Positions 1-10,448 of a stretch of DNA of 64,000 nt are shown here, piece by piece. How positions within the stretch are numbered: the first letter of the stretch is position 1; the number at the start of each line of letters is the position of its first letter. The notes below the pieces were generated by a model, which saw nothing but the letters and a program-made list of their open reading frames with translations, made no database searches and had not been told where the DNA came from. Source of the stretch: Macrostomum lignano (Eukaryota); NCBI GenBank assembly GCA_002269645.1, contig NIVC01000621.1, positions 444,752 through 508,751 of the forward strand, given 5' to 3'. A program made the position numbers and the translations under genes.

Positions 1-370
1 GGAGGTCGCCAATCTCGCTTGGCGGTGCCACCAGCCGGTTGTTATTCAGGTAGAGCCGGCGCAGGTCCTGACCCAGCCTAGCCAGACTGGGCGGCAGGAT
101 GGTGAGGCGGCGGTAGCTGAGGTTCAAGCTGGACCGGCTAGCCGGGTTCTGATTGGTCAGCAGGCGGCAGATCTGCCGCTCAGAGTCTGCCAGGAGTTCC
201 AGATCGGACTGAGGCGGCGGCGGCTGCTGCTGATGGCGATGGCTGAGGCTGCCGCCGCTGCCGCTGACGACGCCGCTGTCGCCGCTGGCCGGCCTGGACG
301 ACGTCGCCGAGCGAAGTCGGGCTCGAGGCGATCGCCTAGCAGTAGAAGCGCCGCCACCTTGCGTTGTCAT
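1..370 (-). CDS. 5' coding exon of a leucine-rich-repeat protein (continues beyond left edge)
   Basis: ATG at 370 opens a stop-free frame to base 1, missed by the ORF track: MTTQGGGAST...QQQPPPPQSDLELLADSERQICRLL...SSLNLSYRRLTILPPSLARLGQDLRRLYLNNNRLVAPPSEIGDL. It has two LxxLxLxxNxL-type LRR units. Confidence 0.85.
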   Translation of the reverse strand, partial: MTTQGGGASTARRSPRARLRSATSSRPASGDSGVVSGSGGSLSHRHQQQPPPPQSDLELLADSERQICRLLTNQNPASRSSLNLSYRRLTILPPSLARLGQDLRRLYLNNNRLVAPPSEIGDL

Positions 371-499
371 GACAACAGCAACAATTAGTTTAGCAAGCGC
401 TCTCTGTGCGGTGCCTTTGACTGGAAAAGTCAATCAAGTGGGCGGCGTCTTTATAGAAAGAACTCACAGTTCACGGCTTCTGATAATCAGGGTAAAGAG

Positions 500-1000
500 G
501 CGAGAAATTCCCCTCTGAACCAATTAAAAAATTCCCTATTAGCCGAGAGAATTACCCCTCAACCAAACGAAAAATTCCCCAATAACCGAGAGAGTAAATT
601 CCCCTCTCAACCAATTAAAAATTCCCCAATAACTGAGAGAAAAATTCCACTCTCAACCAATTATAAATTCCCGAATAACCAAGAGAGAAATTCCCCTCTC
701 AACCAATAAAAATTCCCCAATAACCGAAAGATAAACTTTCTGAACCATCGATAATTTTCTATTAGCCTATCAAGAGATTCTAAGCAAGAAATTCCCCATT
801 AGCTAAGCAAGAAGTTCCCCATTAGCTAAGCAAGAAGTTCCCTATTAGCTAAGCAAGAAATTCCCCATTAGCTAAGCAAGAAATTCCTCATTAGCTAAGC
901 AAGAAATTCCCCATTAGCTAAGCAAGAAATTCCCTATTGGCTAAGCAAGAAATTCCCTATTAGCTAAGCAAGAAATTCCCCTTTAACTAATCGAGAAATC
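500..1000. repeat. Degenerate then regular ~23-bp minisatellite (agctaagcaagaaattccccatt)
   Basis: Regular copies at about 775-985, preceded by degenerate aaattcccc-containing copies. Confidence 0.85.
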
Positions 1001-1744
1001 TCTAATAAATAAGCGAGAAAAATCGCAATACAGACAAAGTCATTTAAAACTGCAGTCTGCAAATTTTTATTGAAATTTATATTATAAACAAGTTGTAACA
1101 AAACATTTTTAGTATTAATCTAATTGGCAAGCATAGCACAGAGGCCGAGATTAAGCATTCAAAATATTTCAGTGCTCTGTATAAGGTTATATAATGTATG
1201 TAGTAATATTATAACAAAATTATGTATAACTATTGGAAGAACTATTCCCAGCTGTAACATTATACAGCAAAAGACATACCTCTGGATGAGATCGAAATAT
1301 AAAGATGAATAAATGTTATTCAAAACACAAGAGGAAACCAAAATATTTACATTTATAAACAAAACTCATATTGGGAGAATTTTTTACGAAGTCTTGGCAG
1401 ATTATGAAAGAAAAATACAAATATGCCTACTTGAAGTAGCTGAACCGGACGAAAAATTTGCCTTTAATTGTTTTTTAATCAAGCTGACATGAAGTTTATT
1501 GCCGGGCGTATGTGAATGAGCTGATTTCATTCCTGTAGCTGTATTTAATATTGTACTGAGACAGGATTTATAGACCATCAACTATTGAAAAAGTACAAAA
1601 AGTCTAGTAAATCTGGAAAGTGATTCCTTAAGCCATCAATTAGGCATTCAACAAATACGTTGCAAAAATGTTAAAAATTTAAAAAAATTCGCCCCTAACT
1701 CAAACTGAACTGAGGGGCACCTTCATGTCTTTTAGTTGAGCCCC

Positions 1745-2410
1745 AGGCTCTTCATCAGATATCCCAATAATCCTTCAGGCTCTTCATCAGATATCCCAAA
1801 AATACTCAGGCTCTTCATCAAATATCCCCATAATTCTCTAGGCTCTTCATCAGATATCCCAATAATCTTTCAGGCTCTTCATCAGATATTCCCATAATTC
1901 TCCAGGCTCTTCATCAGATATCTTAATAATCCTTCAGGCTCTTCATCAGATATCTTAATAATCCTTCAGGCTCTTCATCAGATATCTTAATAATCCTTCA
2001 GGCTCTTCATCAGATATCCCAAAAAACCTTCAGGCCCTTCATCAGATATCCCAAAAAACCTTCAGGCTCTTCATTAGATATCCCAAAAACCTTCAGGCTC
2101 TTCATCAGATATCCCAAAAAACCTTCAGGCCCTTCATCAGATATCCCAAAAAACCTTCAGGCCCTTCATCAGATATCCAAAAAACCTTCAGGCCCTTCCA
2201 TCAGATATCCAAAAAACCTTCAGGCCCTTCCATCAGATATCCCGAAAACCATCAGGCTCTTTATCAGATATTCCTACTATAATCCTCCAGGCTCTTCATC
2301 AGATATCCCAATAATCCTTGATCCATATCAGCAGATACCCCAAAAAACCTTCAGGCCCTTCATCAGATATCCCAAAAAACCTTCAGCCACTTCAGCAGAT
2401 TTCCCTATAA
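1745..2410. repeat. ~31-32-bp minisatellite (caggctcttcatcagatatcccaataatcctt)
   Basis: About 20 tandem copies visible downstream of the TMEM179 stop. Confidence 0.9.
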
Positions 2411-2480
2411 ACTGAGACACAAAAAGCAACATAAAAGGCTTAGAAATGACCGCCCGATACGCAGATCTCATGACCGTGTC

Positions 2481-4192
2481 TCAGATATTAACATAGTCTG
2501 GATCGCGGTGCAGCCTATTGCGAAGCATGCGAGCCTCACGTCTCAAGCTGACAAGGAGCCGCTCGCGTCTGTGCAACCGGAGCAGCTGTAATAGCATTAG
2601 CAGCAGGTCCAGGAACCAGACTAAGAAGCTGAACCATAAACCAATCTGCAGTATGAAGGGTGTACCAGTATTCCAGTGCTCATACATCGCAAGGTATTCT
2701 ATTGTTAAATACCTAGACTCACGACTGAAAGGTCGGGGGTTCGATTCTTGACCCACTTGGTACAATTTGTGTCCTTGAGCAAGACACCTAATTCTCTGCA
2801 ATGCTCCAGTTCACTCAGCTGTAAAATGGGTGCCAGCATTAGCTGGGGTAATAGAGGGTGTGTGGCGACCCCCCAGTCCTTGGACTGAACAGCCGTACGC
2901 AGCCTTCAGACGCGCCGCGCCCATGCCCATTGGGACAGGTGTAATCAATTATTATTATACTATTATGTGACCATCAGTCGCATATATACCCACGGAACTT
3001 CTCTCTCACCTTAGCGGCGCCAAAGGTGAACAGAAATCTACCGGAATTGATGTCCGGATAATTGGATAGCACGTCACCAAACTGGGCCTGTTCACAGCCG
3101 TACCTGCCATTCAGTGAGAAATGAATATTAATTTATGGTATATACAGATTTAGTTTTATGGGGTGTCAGGGGTGACAGTTATGGGGTGTCAGGGGCAGCA
3201 GTTATGGGGTGTCAGTTATGGGGTGTCAGGGGCAGCAGTTATTGGGTGTCAGGGGCAGCAGTTATGGGGTGTCAGGGGCAGCAGTTATTGGGTGTCAGGG
3301 GCAGCAGTTATTGGGTGTCAGGCGTCAGGGGCAGCAGTTATGGGGTGTCAGGGGCAGCAGTTATTGGGTGTCAGGGGCAGCAGTTATTGGGTGTCAGGGG
3401 CAGAAGTTATGGGGTGTCAGGCGTCAGGGGCAGCAGTTATGGGGTGTCAGGGGCAGCAGTTATGGGGTGTCAGGGGCAGCAGTTATTGGGTGTCAGGGGC
3501 AGCAGTTATTGGGTGTCAGGGGTGACAGTTATTGGGTGTCAGTGGCAGCAGTTATTGGGTATCAGTTATTGGGTGTCAGGGGTGCCAGAGCACACACTAT
3601 ATCTTGGTGCTGAAAGAGACTGCTGATTAAGACAACAATTTGAATAGTAAATTAGCAATACTTACTCAAACACATCACTCATAAGCAGGCACCATTGGAA
3701 CAGGCCGCCAGTAACAATAGCTGCTTCCATTGCCAATGAGATAGTAAAGAATGAGCTCACTTGTACGCCAAAGAATACCGTTAGAAATGACCTATTATTC
3801 AATGATGTGCATTAATGAGTGCTTACGAGTATATAATATAAGAAGACTTTCGGAAGACTTGAATTATGCGACAATACTACTCACGCTTCTCGTTGCAAGT
3901 AGAGATGCACGCCTATGAAAAATGCGTAGAACAGTGACACTAATAGCTGGGCGCAGCCAATAAACACGCCGAAAGTGCAATGAGACTGCAGGCCCCATTC
4001 GGTAACCACTAGAAAGTGATGATCATACGGACCGGTGGCGTTAGCGCTCCAATGCGCTCTAGAGAATAGCGGACAATGTCCATTGAAGTCGGCAACACTG
4101 ATAGCCATTGGCACAATTATGCACAGTGAACTGACAATTAATGCGGATTGCAGGCCGGCTTTGCCAATTTGAAACAGGTCCCCAAGAGCCAT
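2481..4192 (-). CDS. TMEM179: Transmembrane protein 179-like, 4 exons, 230 aa
   Basis: Exons 4192-3885, 3791-3666, 3103-3010 and 2645-2481 total 693 nt; all GT-AG with consistent phases (2,2,0). Recognised family motifs: MAL...DFNGHCPLF...W.AN...V.EWG...C, G...WC, CEQ.Q, and C-terminal GLW.S.L.W...RRERLLVSL.RE. Confidence 0.9.
2685..2960 (+). mobile_element. tRNA-derived SINE with CORE-like domain, in TMEM179 intron 3 (antisense to the gene)
   Basis: B box GGTTCGATTCT at 2738-2748 after a degenerate A box. gtgtccttgagcaagacacctaa (2769-2791) and tcactcagctgtaaaatggg (2811-2830) resemble the MIR/CORE consensus. (att)n tail at about 2947-2958. Confidence 0.8.
3155..3580. repeat. 22-23-bp minisatellite (ggggtgtcaggggcagcagttat) in TMEM179 intron 2
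   Basis: Tandem copies; explains the spurious ORFs at 3135-3626. Confidence 0.95.
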
Positions 4193-4394
4193 GTTGCTTT
4201 GCGTTGCTTTATGATAGCCAAATTAATAGTCTTTTCCAACTTTTAACTGCAATGGGCGAAATCTTCTTTAAGGACAACTAATAGGAAGATTTTTAAGGAC
4301 GTTGAAAGCACGATTCTTGAGAACGCTTGACGTACGATTCTTGGGGATGTTTAAAGTAGGATTCATGAAAACTTTTAAAGGATGATTCTTAAGG

Positions 4395-5625
4395 ACGTGT
4401 AAAGCATGATTCCTAAGGACGTGTAAAGCATGATTTCTAAGGACGTGTAAAGCATGATTCCTAAGGACGTGTAAAGCATGATTCCTAAGGACGTGTAAAG
4501 CATGATTCCTAAGGACGTGTAAAGCATGATTCCTAAGGACGTGTAAAGCATGATTCCTAAGGACGTTTAAAGCATGATTCCTAAGGACGTGTAAAGCATG
4601 ATTCCTAAGGACGTGTAAAGCATGATTCCTAAGGACGTGTAAAGCATGATTCCTAAGGACGTGTAAAGCATGATTCCTGAGGATGTTTAAAGCATGATTC
4701 CTGAGGATTTTTAAAGCATGATTCCTAAGGACGTTTAAAGCATGATTCCTAAGGACGTGTAAAGCATGATTCCTAAGGACGTGTAAAGCATGATTCCTAA
4801 GGACGTGTAAAGCATGATTCCTAAGGACGTGTAAAGCATGATTCCTAAGGACGTGTAAAGCATGATTCCTAAGGACGTGTAAAGCATGATTCCTAAGGAC
4901 GTTTAAAGCATGATTCCTAAGGACGTGTAAAGCATGATTCCTAAGGACGTGTAAAGCATGATTCCTAAGGACGTGTAAAGCATGATTCCTAAGGACGTGT
5001 AAAGCATGATTCCTAAGGACGTGTAAAGCATGATTCCTAAGGACGTTTAAAGCATGATTCCTGAGGACGTTTAAAGCATGATTCCTGAGGACGTTTAAAG
5101 CATGATTCCTGAGGATGTTTAAAGCATGATTCCTGAGGATGTTTAAAGCATGATTCCTGAGGATGTTTAAAGCATGATTCCTAAGGACGTGTAAAGCATG
5201 ATTCCTAAGGACGTGTAAAGCATGATTCCTAAGGACGTGTAAAGCATGATTCCTGAGGATGTTTAAAGCATGATTCCTGAGGATTTTTAAAGCATGATTC
5301 CTAAGGACGTTTAAAGCATGATTCCTGAGGATGTTTCAAGCATGATTCTTTAGGACGTTCAAAGCATGATTCCTAAGGACCTGTAAAGCATGATTCCTAA
5401 GGACGTGTAAAGCATGATTCCTAAGGACGTGTAAAGCATGATTCCTAAGGACGTGTAAAGCATGATTCCTGAGGATGTTTAAAGCATGATTCCTGAGGAT
5501 TTTTAAAGCATGATTCCTAAGGACGTTTAAAGCATGATTCCTGAGGATGTTTAAAGCATGATTCTTTAGGACGTTCAAAGCATGATTCCTAAGGACGTGT
5601 AAAGCATGATTCCTAAGGACGCTTA
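4395..5625. repeat. 24-bp minisatellite (aaagcatgattcctaaggacgtgt), about 50 copies, between TBCC and TMEM179
   Basis: Near-perfect 24-bp period. Confidence 0.97.
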
Positions 5626-6206
5626 AAGCACGATTACTAAGGCCTGTGATTCTTGAGGACGTTTGAAGTACGATTTTTAAACGCTCAATAAACTTTGAGG
5701 AATATAAACATAAACGTTGAATTGCCTGTTGCCAGAATAAAATGAGCTTAAAACTCTTATTGACTACTGATGATAGGAAGCTTAGTAAGTAGTTTAGCTC
5801 TGGGCTGATTCGAAATTTTAATTAGGACAATAAAAACTAAAGATTCTTTAAGACTTTAAATAGACAGGTATTCCAAAGAAAAATTGAAAAAATTGAAAAA
5901 AAAACATTCAAAAAGTTACAAAGCAAAAATTCAACATTTATTTATCTGCATAAATGTTAAGAAAACAAGCAAAACACACGGTTATGTTAGCATTAATAAG
6001 CACTGCTTGAAATGTTGCCGTACTACTATGAGTAAGTCTACCTTTTTTAAATGAGGCAATTTTGTGTATAAGTCTACAAGCATAAAGTGCCAACAGAAAG
6101 AAAAAAATATATACTTCACTAATAGGGATTCAGTTAAAGGTGGAGCCTTCCTTCTGCGGTATGTCTTGTTTGACCTTTTCTAAACAGTCTATTTATGATC
6201 GGGGTA

Positions 6207-8075
6207 TTATTCTTCCCAGTTAAGCCGGTCAGTCTCGGGCATAATTGACCAGTTAGGGGAGGCCACGTGACCAGCCAGGTGATTGAAATCCTGTACTTGA
6301 TCCCACTGATTGCGATGCCAGTTGAGACCAGACAGGGTCACGTGATCTGACAGATTAGCGTAATTGAAATTGTACGGCGCGATCAGTACATCATTGCTGT
6401 ACTCAATAATTGGAGTAGAAGTGACGTGCAAATACAATTTACACCTGGTACTGCTGTGCAATCTAAGCTGATGGCAGGCAACAACCAGAGTGAAATCGGT
6501 GCATTTCTCAATTAGCACTGACCGATGCACTGGGCCGCACAGTATTGTGCAATTGGTAAGGCCGTTCAAATGCAATGTAGCAGGGTGGCTAAGGACTTTA
6601 ATAGTGCAATCGGCCAGGTCGCTTAGTAAGATGTCCTTGTTAGCGACTGATTCGTCTGATAGAACAACTGCTTTGCCTGTCAGATTGTGCAAAGTTGGCT
6701 CAACTTTTGGTTGTAGTGTTTGTTGTTGCTGCTTCTGCGGCTGCTGCTGCGGCTGTTGCTGCTTTGAGTTGCGATTCGAAGATGCAGCCGAGCTGAATGC
6801 AAATTTCTTTTTTGGGACAACTCGCTCTCTGAAAGAAGACAGGTGTGTCAATTAGTCCTGAGCATGTCCTGAATAATGCCACTATGAATGAGGACAGGTG
6901 TGTCAATTAGTCCTGAGCATGTCCTGAATAATGCCACTCTGAATGAGGACAGGTGTGTTAATTAGTCCTGAGCATATCCTGAATAATGCCACTCTGAATG
7001 AGGACAGGTGTGTCAATTAGTCCTGAGCATGTCCTGAATAATGCCACTCTGAATGAGGACAGGTGTGTCAATTAGTCCTGAGCATATCCTGAATAATGCC
7101 ACTCTGAATGAGGACAGGTGTGTCAATTAATCCTGAGCATATCCTGAATAATGCCACTCTGAATGAGGACAGGTGTGTCAATTAGTCCTGAGCATGTCCT
7201 GAATAATGCCACTCTGAATGAGGACAGGTGTGTCAATTAGTCCTGAGCATGTCCTGAATAATGCCACTCTGAATGAGGACAGGTGTGTCAATTAGTCCTG
7301 AGCATATCCTGAATAATGCCACTCTGAATGAGGACAGGTGTGTCAATTAGTCCTGAGCATGTCCTGAATAATGCCACTCTGAATGAGGACAGGTGTGTCA
7401 ATTAGTCCTGAGCATGTCCTGAATAATGCCACTCTGAATGAGGACAGGTGTGTCAATTAGTCCTCAGCATGTCCTGAATAATGCCACTCTGAATGAGGAC
7501 AGGTGTGTCAATTAGTCCTCAGCATGTCCTGAATAATGCCACTCTGAATGAGGACAGGTGTGTCAATTAGTCCTCAGCATGTCCTGAATAATGCCACTCT
7601 GAATGAGGACAGGTGTGTCAATTAGTTCTGAGCATGTCCTGAATAATGCCACTCTGAATGAGGACAGGTGTGTCAATTAGTCTCACCTCAAATCAGCCAA
7701 TTTATTAGCCAACTCTTCAACCTTCGCCTTGGCAGACGCTGACACGTAAGCCGGTAAAAAGCCAACAGAATCCGAGTGGTACCGCTGCAGACAAGCGATT
7801 TTGTCGTTTATAGCGGCTAAACTGTTATTAATATCAACCGTACTAATCGCAGCAGTTTTAACTGACTCCAGAGCTTCCATGTCTTCTACAATGGCCAATC
7901 TTTCCGCGTCAAAGGCCGCCTCAAATGCAGTGTACTGCTCAGCCTCGGACTTGCCCTCAGCCCTGCAAGCTCGGAGCTCTTCAATACGTCGACGAATTTC
8001 AGCTTCCCGAGCCGTCATCTTGGCCGTCATCTCGGCCAGACGAGAGTCCGTCGTTGAAGTCGATGGTGTCGACAT
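6207..8075 (-). CDS. TBCC: Tubulin-specific chaperone C, 2 exons, 336 aa
   Basis: Exons 8075-7687 and 6828-6207 total 1011 nt with a phase-2 GT-AG intron. N-terminal TBCC domain (LQRYHSDSVGFLPAY), PKKKFAF linker, and C-CAP/cofactor C beta-helix (ILCGPVHRSVLIEKC...VACHQLRLH...YLHVTSTPIIE...APYN...NQWDQVQDFNHL...SPNW). Confidence 0.95.
6838..7682. repeat. 55-bp minisatellite, about 15 copies, filling essentially the whole TBCC intron
   Basis: Unit aggtgtgtcaattagtcctgagcatgtcctgaataatgccactctgaatgaggac recurs at 6841, 6896 ... 7501 (12 x 55 bp). Confidence 0.97.
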
Positions 8076-8189
8076 TATTTGTTGGGCAGGAGAAGTGCAA
8101 AAAGTTCAACTTGTGTTTCATTGTGAAATCATTGTAGTACCTGATAGCTCTTATCTCACCCTTGTATGTATCTCTCTGATTTCACTGCT

Positions 8190-8752
8190 GTCTCTTACTA
8201 TTCTCACCCCTGTCTCTTACTAATCTCACCCCTGTTTCTTACCAATCTCACTCCTGTCTCTTATTAATCTTACCCCAGTCTCTTACTACTCTCACCCAGA
8301 CTCTCACTAATCTCACCCCTGTCTCTCTCTAATCTCATCCCTGTCTCTCCCTAATCTCATCCCTGTCTTTCCCTAATCTCATCCCTGTCTCTCCCTAATC
8401 TCATCCCTGTCTCTCCCTAATCTCATCCCCGTCTCTCCCTAATCTCATCCCCGTCTCTCCCTAATCTCATCCCCGTCTCTCCCTAATCTCATCTCTGTCT
8501 CTCCCTAATCTCATCCCCGTCTCTCCCTAATCTCACCCCGTCTCTCCCTAATCTTACTCCCGTCTCTCCCTAATCTCATCCCCGTCTCTCCCTAATCTCA
8601 TCCCCATCTCTCCCTAATCTCATCCCCGTTCTCTCCTTAATCTCACCCGTCTCTTCGTAATCTCACCCCCGTCTCTCCCTAATCTCATCCCTGTCTCTCC
8701 CTAATCTCATCCCTGTCTCTCCCTAATCTCATCCCTGTCTCTCCCTAATCTC
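8190..8752. repeat. 22-bp pyrimidine-rich minisatellite (ccctaatctcatccccgtctct) upstream of TBCC
   Basis: Tandem copies with a degenerate left end. Confidence 0.9.
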
Positions 8753-9502
8753 ACATTGCATCATTGTACATTCAATTTTCTCTTTTGACCTCGACAACTT
8801 TCTATCTAAGTATTCTCAACCATAAAACAAATGAAAAAAACAGAAAAATACCAAACAAATTCTACTTGAATTGAACATTATATTGGCATGGCTTAAGCAA
8901 ATCAACTCATAACTTAAGCGATTGAATTTAGGAAAAGTTTACATCCTCATGGTTGCTTTAGAAGCAGCAGCAGCAGCAGCAGCAGAAGCAACGGTACAAA
9001 AGAAGATTTCAATTAAAAGACGAGAAAAGTACTACCAACACGAACAACATCAAATGGCACAAAAGCACTTTGTACTACTTTTAGTACGGCTTTTCAAGAC
9101 CATGTCTATGGGCCAAACCTGCATTTTTACTAGTAATTCTACTGAAGGCTTAGCTTGAGAGAACCTCGGGGCAAAAAAGTGGTCTTCAATTAAAAACTTA
9201 TATTGGTATTATATATCTAAATATACTAAATACATGTACTATTAGTATTACAGACAAAATAATCACTAAGACACAATTTACAATGCACATCGGCCCCGAC
9301 TTTCTAACCGTGTTAAGGAAAGCCAATTTTCACGGATGCGGTGAGCCATAGAGTTTAAATCAGTCGGAAAATTCGCGAGCCGTCTATGGCTCAACCCGTC
9401 TTAGTCATCGAGTTACCAAACAAGTTTAATTTTTTGTCCTAATTAGCACTAATAATAAATTATATATCAGTACAAAGGCTGCAGAAAAAACCACTTTAAA
9501 TA

Positions 9503-10416
9503 TAGGATTTTTCGTTTGATTTCACAAAATTGTCATTTGATTTCGTCCATAGAAGTTGGCAGCGCGGCCATAGAATAGAGTCTATGGCAATAAAGTGCGC
9601 TGTTTTCCGATCAAATTCACAACTTTGCCACTTCATTTCGACATACCCAGTAGAAAGGCAACAGAAAAGTCGATGCGCTTGTCCAGTACAGAAAGAACTG
9701 TTAAAAACAGAAAGCTGTGTATTTAAGTCACATGAGGAAGTAGGCAGTTGCAACAGTGAAATCAGTTATGTCCGCCAAAGTTAATGCTCGTTCGCTGCAA
9801 CAAGCTACTGTACAAATTTTACATTATCTGCTGCTGATTGATGCACAGGGGCAGAAACCGCATCACATGTCGTTCCCAGTCAAGGCACTTCGCGGCGGAA
9901 ATTTCCTCTAGTGCAACATAGCCGCAACGGAAAAGCACCATGAGTCTCCACTACGTTAGGTTGATGCCATCAGGCGGATAGCTAAGTTCCTGTTGAAGCT
10001 CAGGTGTTGCTAGCTGGCGTTTAAGCGAAGCCTTGAGACAACTGTGTTCCGCGGCGTTAAGAAATGGAGAATACGGTGGCAGAGTTCGCAGTTAAATACG
10101 ATTGGCTGCGTTTATACGTTTCCAATGGACGCGTATGCAGCCATTTTTAGGCACACCAGGAAGGTGACTGTTGCCCAAAAAGAGGACACGTTCATATAGG
10201 CTTTTATTTCTATGAGAGGTTTGGCCATAGATATTCACCCACTGATATCCCAACCCCCTCTGGCAGTGTTTGAGTCACTCCGCGCGTCAAGTCGAAATGA
10301 AGTGGCAAAGTCATGAATTCAATCGGAAAACAGCGCACTTTATTGCCATAGACTCTATGGCCGCGCTGCCAACCAAAATCAAATGACAATTCCATGAAAT
10401 CAAACGAAAAATCATA
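9503..10416 (-). mobile_element. Internally deleted IS630-Tc1-mariner-type element with ~140-bp TIRs and TA flanks
   Basis: 9503-9642 is the reverse complement of about 10281-10416, with TA at 9501-9502 and 10417-10418. An internal minus-strand remnant at about 10090-9950 reads LRTLPPYSPFLNAAEH, the PxYSPxLNxxE third catalytic motif of DDE/Tc1-like transposases. Confidence 0.8.
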
Positions 10417-10448
10417 TAATTTACTAAGCACAAACTAATTTCAAATTA

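Noticed and set aside
157-357. 66-aa minus-strand ORF from the track
   Set aside because: Wrong frame; the overlapping frame from ATG 370 encodes recognisable LRRs.
1745-2410. Minus-strand repeat unit contains CUGAUGA-AGAGCCU-GAAA/G, resembling tandem minimal hammerhead ribozymes
   Set aside because: The only available stem-I partner (palindromic GAUAUC of a neighbouring unit) puts G at the cleavage position with no NUH triplet, and stem III cannot form.
2481-2801. 106-aa ORF as a stand-alone gene
   Set aside because: Only 2645-2481 is the TMEM179 last exon; the rest is antisense SINE.
6838-7682. CRISPR-like regular array (also 4395-5625, 12110-13380)
   Set aside because: Units are contiguous with no unique spacers, there are no cas genes, and the context is a eukaryotic intron or intergenic region.
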